Shown here one piece after another: positions 26,013-34,817 of a stretch of 64,000 bases of DNA; position 1 is the stretch's first letter; each line of letters opens with the position of its first letter. Origin of the DNA: Bacteroidota bacterium (GTDB lineage Bacteria > Bacteroidota > Bacteroidia > Palsa-965); NCBI GenBank assembly GCA_013288325.1, contig JABDCB010000004.1, forward strand, positions 4,485 to 68,484. Reading direction: 5' to 3'. The notes under the pieces were generated by a model. That model saw only the letters and a program-made list of their open reading frames with translations. It did not search any database and was not told where the DNA came from. The translations under genes were made by a program, and so were the position numbers.

Positions 26013-27194
26013 ATGAACCTTAGAACCACGCTTACGGAATCAAGGATTGTCAGGTTTATTATTATATGCCTGCTTGTTTTGTTTTGCAACAGGACGGTGG
26101 TGGCACAAAATGGAGTGGCCCGTGCCATTTCCGATTTCAATTCTATTTCTGAACAATATCTTCAGAGTGCTCAGGAACTGTTTAATAATGGTGATTATGA
26201 TTCCTGTATTGCTGTTCTCAACAACGGGCTTAAGGTAAATATGTTTGACCGGAAAGGGAATGAAGACATGTTATGTCTGAAGACGAAAACCTACCTGGAA
26301 AAAGATGATCTGAAAGATGCGGAAAAAACAATGAAACAGTTGCTCGAATACAATCCGCATTATGAACTTATCGAGTCTCAAAACACCGAAGATTTTAACC
26401 GGCTTTTCAAACAATTCGATGTCCATGCCAAGCTTACGTTCGGCATCCGAAATACACTTATGTTTCCGGCCCTTAAAACTACTGCCATTTATAGTGCTGT
26501 TCCGGATTATAATTACACAGCCCCTTATAACACGGCCAAATACTTTCTGATGTATTATGGCTGGGCCGAGTATCAGTTCAGAGATAATATCTCCATCAAT
26601 ATGGAAGGCGTATACTGGAGCCTGTCATACAGCCGTAATATGGCTCTTACCACCAATACCACACTGAATATGAATGAGCAGATGCATATTTATGAAATCC
26701 CTGTTTTTGCCCGTTTTTATATGCCCCACAATATGAATATCCCTTTTCTGAAAAATATTTTGCCCTATGCAGCTTTTGGAATCGGTTATCTGCATCTGAA
26801 AGATGCTACGGCCAATTTTAATGAATATGTTATCAATCCATCCACCGGTTATTTAACCAGCAATAGCTATGCAAACGGCGTAAACATGATGAATATGCGG
26901 GCTGCAAACACCTTTGAATGGGTATATGGTTTGGGAATAGGGTATAAAATAAAAAATCTGAGATTATACCTCGACTGGAGAGCTTATGCAGCCATGAATA
27001 CATTGACTGATGCGAGTAAAAGAACCAACAACGTTGACCTGTATAACTACTATTCCTATGTAGACAATGGTATCAAACTGAATAAATCGGAAATAGGTGC
27101 TTCGATTTCATACACCCTGAAAAATTCGGTAAAGAAGAAATCGATCAAAAAAAGCCACACCATCGTGCAGGGTGCTTATAAAGTGAATAAATAA
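26013..27194 (+). CDS. signal peptide + TPR-like helical region + outer-membrane beta-barrel protein
   Basis: Hydrophobic N-terminus ending VVAQ. Then a ~100-aa helical region (AQELFNNGDYDSCIAVLNNGL...AEKTMKQLLEYNP). Then ~250 aa of Tyr/Gly/Asn-rich alternating strands (WVYGLGIGYKI, LYLDWRAYAA). Starts 12 nt after the NTPase stop. Confidence 0.75.
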   Translation: MNLRTTLTESRIVRFIIICLLVLFCNRTVVAQNGVARAISDFNSISEQYLQSAQELFNNGDYDSCIAVLNNGLKVNMFDRKGNEDMLCLKTKTYLEKDDLKDAEKTMKQLLEYNPHYELIESQNTEDFNRLFKQFDVHAKLTFGIRNTLMFPALKTTAIYSAVPDYNYTAPYNTAKYFLMYYGWAEYQFRDNISINMEGVYWSLSYSRNMALTTNTTLNMNEQMHIYEIPVFARFYMPHNMNIPFLKNILPYAAFGIGYLHLKDATANFNEYVINPSTGYLTSNSYANGVNMMNMRAANTFEWVYGLGIGYKIKNLRLYLDWRAYAAMNTLTDASKRTNNVDLYNYYSYVDNGIKLNKSEIGASISYTLKNSVKKKSIKKSHTIVQGAYKVNK

Positions 27195-27196
27195 TA

Positions 27197-29065
27197 TCAG
27201 AATCGTATTCCGATAACGAGTACATCATCGGTTTGCTCCTGCTCTTCTTTCCACTCTTTCAAATAATTTGCCAGAAATGTTCCCTGCTCCTTCATGGATA
27301 GATTGCGGATAGAAAGCAACACCTCTTTCCATTTGGAAGACTTGAGTTTCTTCCCTCCTTTTCCAAACTGATCGGAATACCCATCGCTGAAAACATATAC
27401 GATGTCGCCGGCTTTCATCTCGAACGAATGTGTTTCAAACTGTTGTTCATCCGGGGTATAACCACCTATGGCCACCTTGGTAGCTTTTATTTCTTCCATT
27501 GCCAGGGCTTCTTTTCTCAGGATCCACAAGGGTCTGTTGGCTCCTGCATAATACAGCATGGTTTTACCGGAAGCGGATGAAAGATGCAACAAGGCAATAT
27601 CCATTCCATCGCGCGTTTCTCCTTCCTGTCCGCTCTGCCCCAATGCTTTCTTCATTCCCTGATTAAGCTGACGGAGTATTTCTCCTGCTTTCCTGCTTTT
27701 CATCAGGGCCTCATTCAGCTTTTCATAGCCCAGCATACTCATAAATGCACCCGGAACACCATGACCGGTACAATCAACCGCTGCTAAATAACAAGCATCC
27801 TCTCTTTGATCTATCCAGTAAAAATCTCCGCTGACAATATCTTTGGGTTGAAAAAAGATAAAACTATCGGGAGCCGTTTTTTGCAACATACCCGGTCGTG
27901 GTAGTATAGCCTGCTGGATACGTTGTGCATAATTAATACTCGCTGTGATATCCTTGTTTTTTTCTTCTATACTGTCGTATGCCGATTTCAGCTCTACATT
28001 TTTGAGGCGGTGAATTTCTGCTTCCTGTTCAGATCGTTCAACGGCAAAAGCGATCTGCTGATTTTTAAGCCGGTTGCCCGATTCAGCATTCAATACTTCT
28101 TCTTTTAATGCATGAAAAGCGCGGAAATGATTCAATGCCTCTTTTGCATTACCCTGCTGTTCATACAAAGCTGAAAACAGGGAATGGATTTCATATAACA
28201 AAGGTTTGGCCTGCAGTGCATCTGCAATCTGTTTTGCTTTCTCCAGTTTTTCTATCCCCTGTTCAGGATCCGACATAGCCAGAGCATGATTGGCAAAGCC
28301 CAGCAAACAATATAAGGCAAGACGTTTATCCTTATCACCGGTATTCAGCGTTTGACAATGCTGATAATAGAAAAGCGCTTTTTCCGGATCCTGTTGTTTT
28401 TCGTATAGCGATGCCAAACCCAGATAGCTCCACGGCAGGGCACCCATTTCTTTAAGCTCTTCCCGAAGGTTGATGCTTTTCCAGTAATAGTCGAGCCCGT
28501 TTTTAAAATCGCCTTTGGCCGTATAGGTTCTGGCAATCATATTTAACGATGATGCTACGGCTTTGAGATCGGGAATCGATTCGCGTATGCGCATACTTTT
28601 CTGGTACGATTCCAAAGCATGATCATAATCGGCTATGCGGAAATAGATGGTGCCTGTGGTGCTCAATATATCGCCAAGGCCTTCCTGATTACCGATAGAC
28701 TCGCCTATTTTAAGTCCCCGCTGACACGCTTCCAACCCTTTATCATACTGTCCGTAGGTATCATATACATTTCCAAGATAATTCAGAGCACGTAGCTGAC
28801 CCAGGGCTTCGTGTGTATGATCAAAATAATGGAGGGATGCTGTCAGATCAAGAAGCATGGAGTCCTGTTCCTGAGAGCGTAAAAAAGCACAAACTCCTTC
28901 ATATAAGCGGGCGTAAGCAACTCCCCGTTCGTATCCTATAACTTCCGATTGTTTATGCGCTTGCTTTGCCTGTTCCAGCGCTTTTGAAGTATCACTGTAT
29001 CTCCACGACCATGCCTGCTCGTTCATGGCGTCAATCCGGCTAATATCCTTCCCTGGCTCTGGCAC
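27197..29065 (-). CDS. cytoplasmic TPR-repeat SpoIIE/PP2C-family protein phosphatase
   Basis: N-terminal TPR repeats and a coiled coil. C-terminal PP2C motifs DIVSGDFYW, DCTGHGVPGAFMSM, SDGYSDQF, DDVLVIGIRF. Start uncertain (GTG 29065 or ATG 29026). Confidence 0.88.
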   Translation of the reverse strand: MPEPGKDISRIDAMNEQAWSWRYSDTSKALEQAKQAHKQSEVIGYERGVAYARLYEGVCAFLRSQEQDSMLLDLTASLHYFDHTHEALGQLRALNYLGNVYDTYGQYDKGLEACQRGLKIGESIGNQEGLGDILSTTGTIYFRIADYDHALESYQKSMRIRESIPDLKAVASSLNMIARTYTAKGDFKNGLDYYWKSINLREELKEMGALPWSYLGLASLYEKQQDPEKALFYYQHCQTLNTGDKDKRLALYCLLGFANHALAMSDPEQGIEKLEKAKQIADALQAKPLLYEIHSLFSALYEQQGNAKEALNHFRAFHALKEEVLNAESGNRLKNQQIAFAVERSEQEAEIHRLKNVELKSAYDSIEEKNKDITASINYAQRIQQAILPRPGMLQKTAPDSFIFFQPKDIVSGDFYWIDQREDACYLAAVDCTGHGVPGAFMSMLGYEKLNEALMKSRKAGEILRQLNQGMKKALGQSGQEGETRDGMDIALLHLSSASGKTMLYYAGANRPLWILRKEALAMEEIKATKVAIGGYTPDEQQFETHSFEMKAGDIVYVFSDGYSDQFGKGGKKLKSSKWKEVLLSIRNLSMKEQGTFLANYLKEWKEEQEQTDDVLVIGIRF

Positions 29066-29196
29066 GTGAAATGATGTTTCAACAAATATAGGGGATTATC
29101 AATCAGGCAAAAATCAGCATTATTCGTCTCTACTTAACCTCTAATAAATCCTTTTTTGATATATTTAGCCACTATTGCCAAGACACCCCATTGACT

Positions 29197-32100
29197 ATGC
29201 GTTTTATATTACGATTCTTCTGTTTTTTTCTGCTGCTGACAGCTCCTTCCTTATGCTTATTAGCTCAACCTGAGGATGTTAAATTTGAAAATATTCCATC
29301 TGAACAAGGGCTTTCGAATAAATCAATTCCAGCCATTATTGAAGACAAGCAAGGTTTTCTTTGGTTTGCTACCCAGGATGGACTGAATAAATATGACGGG
29401 TATGAGTTTAAGGTGTTTCAAAACGACCCGTCCGATTCCAACACCATTTCCAATAATAATATCTTTTGTCTTATACAGGATAAGGATGGATTTCTGTGGA
29501 TGGGTACAGAAAACGGAGGTCTTAATAAGTTTGACCCCCGCACGGAAAAGTTTACGCGGTTTATACACGACGAAGGCAATGCATCTTCTATCTGCAGCAA
29601 TAATATCTACAGTATCCTACAGGCCAAAAACGGAGATCTGTGGATCGGAAGCTGGGAAGCAGGCATTGATGTTATGGATCCTAAAACCGGGAAAATACTA
29701 AACCGCTATCATCACAAATCAGGAAAAGAAAATACCCTTTCCAATGGCGGTATCTGGAGCATATTTGAAGATGAAACGGGCATATTCTGGATCTCTACCT
29801 GGGGCAGCGGGCTTGATAAGCTTGATCCGGCAACCGGGCGATTTAAACATTTCCGCCACGACCCTAAAAACCCTTCCAGTATAAGCCATGACATCATTGG
29901 TCCTGTTTATGAAGATAAACATGGCCGTATATGGGTTGCCACCTGGGGCGGTGGATTAAACCTGCTGGACAGAAAAAAAGAAACATTCCGGAGTTTTCAA
30001 CATGCTGCCGATAATCCAAAAAGTATCGGAAGCAATCTGATCTGGCCTATAACCGAAGATTGGGAAGGTAATTTATGGGTAGGAACATATGGCTCCGGTG
30101 TTAACCGTTTTGATCCCCGGACAGAAAACTTTCACCGCTTTGCTCATGATGCCGATGATCCAACCAGTCTTAATCACAATGATGTCTGGTCGCTGCACCT
30201 CGATCGCTCCAATATTCTGTGGGTTGGTACCGAAGGTGGAGGCATAAGCAAATATGTCAATATCCGTAAAGAAGTAGATGTATATGCTTATGACCCGGGC
30301 AATCCGCTTAGTCTGGGTCATAATTCTGTTCGTGCAGTGCATGAAGATCAGGATGGTATCCTTTGGATCGGAACCTGGGATGGAGGACTTGATAAATATG
30401 ATCCATCGGTAGAGAAAATAAAAAATTACAAATTAGATGATAATGAAGAAGGCACTTCGGGATTAAACAAGATCAAATGCATTACAAGCGATCATACCGG
30501 AAGGCTTTGGCTGGGTACTTATCGTGGGGGGCTTTGTGAGTTTAATAAGAGTACGCAAACGTTTACCAACTACACCCACGATCCATCCAACCCCTCCTCC
30601 ATCAGCGACGATTATGTTTACTGTCTGGAAGAAGACAATCAGAATAATTTGTGGGTTGGAACACTCAATGGTCTCAATATTTTTGACCGGACATCAAAAA
30701 CGTTTACCCGTATTAAAAGTGATCCGGCCAATGAACACAGCCTGAGTAATAATACTATCAACACCATCTATCAGACCAAAGATGGCACTTTATGGTTCGG
30801 TACCGATTACGGACTGAACAAATATGACTACACCAAAAAATCGTTTACCCGGTTTCTGCATGAAGCACAGGACCCGCATAGCCTGAGCCATAGTACCGTT
30901 TATACCATCTATGAAGATAAAACCGGCATCTTATGGATAGGTACCCGAAACGGACTTAACAAATTCAATCCCGCTGATCATAGCTTTGAACATTATGATA
31001 CCAAAGACGGACTTCCGAACAGTATTATTATGTCTATACTGGAAGATGCAAAAGGAGATCTGCTTATCAGTACCAAAAATGGCATTTCCCGTTTTAATAA
31101 AGAACAAAAAACATTTATCAATTACGATCTCAGCGATGGTATACAGGGCCGCCAGTTTTTCCCTAATTCCTCCTGCAAGGCAAAAGACGGGAAACTTTAT
31201 TTCGGTGGCACAGAAGGACTCAACTCCTTTTATCCCGATCGTATACAAAATAACCCGTATATACCACCGGTTGTTATTACAAGCATAAAGAAATCGGGTG
31301 AAGAAATCCGTTTTGGAAAACTTATTGAGAATGTAAAAGAGCTTGTCCTCCCCTATCATGAAAACTCACTTTCTTTTGAGTTTGTTGGTCTCAGCTATGC
31401 CAACCCCGATGAAAATCAATATGCCTATAAGCTGGAAGGTGTTGATGAAGACTGGAAATACAGCGGAAATGTACGGGTAGCCAACTATTCCAATCTGAGA
31501 CCAGGCAACTACATATTCCGGGTAAAAGCCTCTAATGATGATGGGCTCTGGAATAACAAAGGCGCCAGTATCCGGGTTACCATTACTCCGCCTTTCTGGA
31601 AAACACTTTGGTTTTTTATTCTCTGTATTCTTCTCGGGTTGGTTCTTATATTTCTGTACATCAAGAACAGAGAGCGGAAATTATTAAAGGAGAAAAAGAT
31701 CCTGGAAGATAAGGTGGAAGAAAGAACCGCTGAGGTGATGACACAGAAAGAAATTCTTGAAACTCAGAATAAAGAGATCAGAGATAGTATTTTATATGCC
31801 AAACGTATTCAGGAAGCTATTCTACCGGCTCAGGAAGATGTGCTTCATGCTTTCCCTGACTCCTTTATTCTTTTCAAACCCCGTGATATTGTAAGCGGTG
31901 ACTTTTACTGGTTCTCCGAAAAAAATGGCAAAGCTATTGTGACAGCAGCCGATTGTACCGGACATGGCGTTCCGGGAGCCTTTATGAGTATGATAGGCAA
32001 TACCCTGCTCAATCAGATTGTAAATGAAAAAGGGATTGTAAAACCCGATGATATCCTGCTGCATCTGAGGGAGAATATCATGAAAAGTCTTAAACAAACC

Positions 32101-32526
32101 GGAGCCGAAGGTGAAAATAAAGACGGTATGGATATTGCGCTTTGTACCTACGATCTGAATACAAGGGAGCTGCAATTTGCAGGTGCTAACAACCCGCTTT
32201 ATATTGTCAGTAATGGGGAGTTATCGGAAATTAAAGGTGATAAACAGCCTATTGGTGTATACATGGGCGAACCCAAACCATTTACCTGTCAAACCGTACA
32301 GCTTCAAAAAGGAGATTGTGTTTATATTGCCAGCGATGGATATGCGGACCAGTTTGGCGGATCGCACGGCAAAAAATTCAAATACAAGCAAATGAAAGAC
32401 TTGCTGCTGGCTTTGAATGACAAAAAAATGTCTGAACAACGTATCACCCTCAACGAAGAAATTGAAAAATGGAAGGGCACGCTTGAACAGGTGGATGATA
32501 TCCTTGTTATCGGTTTCCGGGTTTGA
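29197..32526 (+). CDS. periplasmic beta-propeller (two-component-regulator propeller + Y_Y_Y) sensor fused via one TM helix to a SpoIIE/PP2C phosphatase
   Basis: Signal peptide; many W(I/V)GTxxGGLxxFD blades; YAYKLEGVDEDW; TM helix LWFFILCILLGLVLIFLYI. The PP2C motifs are the same as in the neighbouring paralog (DIVSGDFYW, DCTGHGVPGAFMSM, DDILVIGFRV). Confidence 0.9.
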   Translation: MRFILRFFCFFLLLTAPSLCLLAQPEDVKFENIPSEQGLSNKSIPAIIEDKQGFLWFATQDGLNKYDGYEFKVFQNDPSDSNTISNNNIFCLIQDKDGFLWMGTENGGLNKFDPRTEKFTRFIHDEGNASSICSNNIYSILQAKNGDLWIGSWEAGIDVMDPKTGKILNRYHHKSGKENTLSNGGIWSIFEDETGIFWISTWGSGLDKLDPATGRFKHFRHDPKNPSSISHDIIGPVYEDKHGRIWVATWGGGLNLLDRKKETFRSFQHAADNPKSIGSNLIWPITEDWEGNLWVGTYGSGVNRFDPRTENFHRFAHDADDPTSLNHNDVWSLHLDRSNILWVGTEGGGISKYVNIRKEVDVYAYDPGNPLSLGHNSVRAVHEDQDGILWIGTWDGGLDKYDPSVEKIKNYKLDDNEEGTSGLNKIKCITSDHTGRLWLGTYRGGLCEFNKSTQTFTNYTHDPSNPSSISDDYVYCLEEDNQNNLWVGTLNGLNIFDRTSKTFTRIKSDPANEHSLSNNTINTIYQTKDGTLWFGTDYGLNKYDYTKKSFTRFLHEAQDPHSLSHSTVYTIYEDKTGILWIGTRNGLNKFNPADHSFEHYDTKDGLPNSIIMSILEDAKGDLLISTKNGISRFNKEQKTFINYDLSDGIQGRQFFPNSSCKAKDGKLYFGGTEGLNSFYPDRIQNNPYIPPVVITSIKKSGEEIRFGKLIENVKELVLPYHENSLSFEFVGLSYANPDENQYAYKLEGVDEDWKYSGNVRVANYSNLRPGNYIFRVKASNDDGLWNNKGASIRVTITPPFWKTLWFFILCILLGLVLIFLYIKNRERKLLKEKKILEDKVEERTAEVMTQKEILETQNKEIRDSILYAKRIQEAILPAQEDVLHAFPDSFILFKPRDIVSGDFYWFSEKNGKAIVTAADCTGHGVPGAFMSMIGNTLLNQIVNEKGIVKPDDILLHLRENIMKSLKQTGAEGENKDGMDIALCTYDLNTRELQFAGANNPLYIVSNGELSEIKGDKQPIGVYMGEPKPFTCQTVQLQKGDCVYIASDGYADQFGGSHGKKFKYKQMKDLLLALNDKKMSEQRITLNEEIEKWKGTLEQVDDILVIGFRV

Positions 32527-32639
32527 GCAGTAGTCTCTACTTCAAGTTATCTATTCCGGTCTAGGTGTTTACACTTACCAGCAGCTACTAGCTTCACCGT
32601 ATTTTCAGTATCACCAACCTTTTTGTGCTCTCAACACTT

Positions 32640-32647
32640 TATCTTTG
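32640..32647 (+). promoter_or_regulatory. candidate orphan -7 promoter box TATCTTTG
   Basis: Exact TAnnTTTG in an intergenic region with no downstream plus-strand CDS. TTTG at 32622-32625 is a possible -33, but the spacing is short. Confidence 0.3.
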
Positions 32648-32788
32648 TAATGAAAAGAAAGAATAAGATTCGAGAAGAGTCTTCATATTAAGTATGGATT
32701 GCGAATCACTATCCGGTGGGCTCTCCACGCAAATTCATACGCATCTGTGCCTGCTGTAATATGAATGGCTCTGACAACAGCCCGCACA

Positions 32789-32820
32789 AACCCTCTCACT
32801 GTTACGGGAGGGTTTTTTCT
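32789..32820 (+). terminator. intrinsic terminator
   Basis: AACCCTC (32789-32795) pairs with GAGGGTT (32808-32814) around a 12-nt loop, followed by TTTTCT. Confidence 0.6.
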
Positions 32821-32920
32821 TTGTACTTCACTAAAACGAATATGGAACGTAGTTTATTCTGATTGTTATCATTTTCGCGGATCATCCATATCAGAATAAA
32901 TAATATGGTCTATTTTTTCC

Positions 32921-32939
32921 GCCTCCTGCCCCTGCCTCC
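32921..32939. repeat. second copy of the GCCTCCTGCNCCTGCCTCC element
   Basis: GCCTCCTGCCCCTGCCTCC differs at one base from 1871-1889 (GCCTCCTGCGCCTGCCTCC). T-runs flank it. It lies immediately 3' of the stop of the minus-strand gene 32944..34071. Confidence 0.7.
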
Positions 32940-32943
32940 TTTT

Positions 32944-34071
32944 TTATTGCTCGTATTGTGCGCGATAAAAACGGTGCAACTGATCCGGTTTCAGGGGATG
33001 ATCCTTAAACCAGTTGCCAAAACTAACCCATCTGGCCTTGTTTTGCGCATGCCATTTCTTGAATCCTTCCTTATCCCCTTCCATCAGCAACCAATGGTTA
33101 TAAGCTTCCATTTGTCCTGCCTTTAATACTTCATTCTGATAATCGAATAACAGATTCGGGTATTTCTTATTGTTTCCACTGCTAAAATAATCTTCCAGAA
33201 ACCGCTTCCGGATCCTATCCAGTGAGTTTATATCAATCGAGGTTTCTTTTAATACGGCAATCCCCAGGATGGGTTCATACACCGAAATTCCAAAAGGCGG
33301 CTTAGCCTTTTTCCCTTTCACCGTATCACCTGCAGTGGATGTTTGTTTGCTGAAACTGACCGTAAAGGTGGTATCAGCCCTGAATTTGATATGGCTTTTA
33401 TAGGTATCGAATAACAGTTTACTGATTTCATCACTGCGTTTGCTACCGGGCTCCAACAATACAAACAACTCGCCATACACCATGCCCCATACGGGTTCAG
33501 AAGAATGACAAAACAGCTTGGCAGCCCAGTAATAATTAGATGCAAACTTAGGGTCCTTCTCTATCCCACTTTCATAATACACAAGGGCTCTGTTGTATTC
33601 TTTAAGCTCCATTTCCATTTGCCCGCACTCCATATTCAAACGACCCGAAGTGGGAAACTTCTTCAATCCAGCCTGATATATTTCCTTGGCTTGGGCTACA
33701 TGAAACATATTATCCTGACAATTGCCCGCTAACTGATAAATAACATCGGTTGTATTGGGTCGGTCAAGCAGGCTTTCCAGAACCGTATACGCCATACTAT
33801 CCTTTTTCTGTGTACAATAAGCATAGGCCAGTTCGTATGGATAATCTACACTTGCCGGATCGGCTGTGATACACTCCTGAAGCAAAGGTATGGCCTCGTC
33901 TATTTTTCCCGAATCAATCAGTGCTTCTGCCTTGCGTGCCTTTAGAATGGCTTGTTGTTTTTCAGAAGGAGGTGCAGAAGGTTTCTTGGTTTGAGCCGGC
34001 AGAACTATTACCGACAACAGGAATAAGAGAGAGAGAAAACAGGTTATGGAAAATTTAGGAGCGCTTTTCAA
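32944..34071 (-). CDS. secreted TPR-repeat protein, function unknown
   Basis: Signal peptide (LSLLFLLSVIVLPAQ) and TPR-like helical repeats in the N-half. Confidence 0.72.
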   Translation of the reverse strand: MKSAPKFSITCFLSLLFLLSVIVLPAQTKKPSAPPSEKQQAILKARKAEALIDSGKIDEAIPLLQECITADPASVDYPYELAYAYCTQKKDSMAYTVLESLLDRPNTTDVIYQLAGNCQDNMFHVAQAKEIYQAGLKKFPTSGRLNMECGQMEMELKEYNRALVYYESGIEKDPKFASNYYWAAKLFCHSSEPVWGMVYGELFVLLEPGSKRSDEISKLLFDTYKSHIKFRADTTFTVSFSKQTSTAGDTVKGKKAKPPFGISVYEPILGIAVLKETSIDINSLDRIRKRFLEDYFSSGNNKKYPNLLFDYQNEVLKAGQMEAYNHWLLMEGDKEGFKKWHAQNKARWVSFGNWFKDHPLKPDQLHRFYRAQYEQ

Positions 34072-34742
34072 AGGTTCTGTTTTTTATCGGCTACTATCCG
34101 CTTGATCTCATTGTAATGTATCACCGATATCCCTTTTGTTTGTCCGGCAACTATTTTCATGGCCCTGGCAACGGTGAGGCCATGTATGGAGCGATATTTA
34201 CTCCATCCCCCTACCAACAACGGGGAAAGCCATCTGAATATTGTGCCGAAAACACCTTCGCCTGCCCTGAATTCCTGACGATCCCCCAGCAGAAAAGAGG
34301 GACGGAGAAAAACGATCTGCTCTACTTTGCGTTTGCCCACCGCTTCTTCCATTTCGCCTTTATTACGCAGATAAAAATTGGAACTTCCGGCAGAGGCACC
34401 AACAGCAGAAACCACCATCATACAAGCAACCTGGTTTGCTTGTGCCAAGACAGAAAGATGCACCGGAATTTCATAATCCACTTTCCGTCTCCCTTCTTTG
34501 GAAGGCGTATTTTTGGTGGTGGTACCCAGACAACAAAACAGAACATCGCCCTTGATCCGGTCGCGTACCGCATCCAATGCATCAAAATCTGTAATAACGG
34601 TTTGTAATTTAGGATGCTGAAGAGTCATAGGCCTCCTTACAAAAGCACAGACCATATCATAGTTCGGATCATCCAGCAATTCCCTGAGCAGGTAGCCCCC
34701 GATCATCCCTGTAGAACCAAATAGGAGGGCTGTTTTAGGCAT
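34068..34742 (-). CDS. NAD(P)H-binding (atypical SDR / HTATIP2-like) oxidoreductase
   Basis: Rossmann motif LFGSTGMIGG. 224 aa. 4-nt overlap with the downstream gene. Confidence 0.78.
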   Translation of the reverse strand: MPKTALLFGSTGMIGGYLLRELLDDPNYDMVCAFVRRPMTLQHPKLQTVITDFDALDAVRDRIKGDVLFCCLGTTTKNTPSKEGRRKVDYEIPVHLSVLAQANQVACMMVVSAVGASAGSSNFYLRNKGEMEEAVGKRKVEQIVFLRPSFLLGDRQEFRAGEGVFGTIFRWLSPLLVGGWSKYRSIHGLTVARAMKIVAGQTKGISVIHYNEIKRIVADKKQNL

Positions 34743-34761
34743 TCAAAAAAGTTTAATATTT

Positions 34762-34798
34762 AAATCTTACAAATCTTAAATCGTAATTCTTAAATCTC
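34762..34798. repeat. AT-rich short repeats AAATCTTAC / AAATCTTAAATC / AATTCTTAAATC
   Basis: Three tandem-like copies in the 75-nt spacer between parC and the next gene. The related 12-mer occurs inverted at 39372-39409. Confidence 0.5.
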
Positions 34799-34817
34799 AA
34801 ATACATTAAACCCGAGC

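Noticed and set aside
20898-27194. tRNA-targeted integrated genomic island carrying the STAND module
   Set aside because: There is no integrase, recombinase or transposase. I could not see a duplicated tRNA 3' fragment. The block lies on the 5' side of the tRNA genes, whereas integrases normally target the 3' end. Accessory character remains possible but is unproven.
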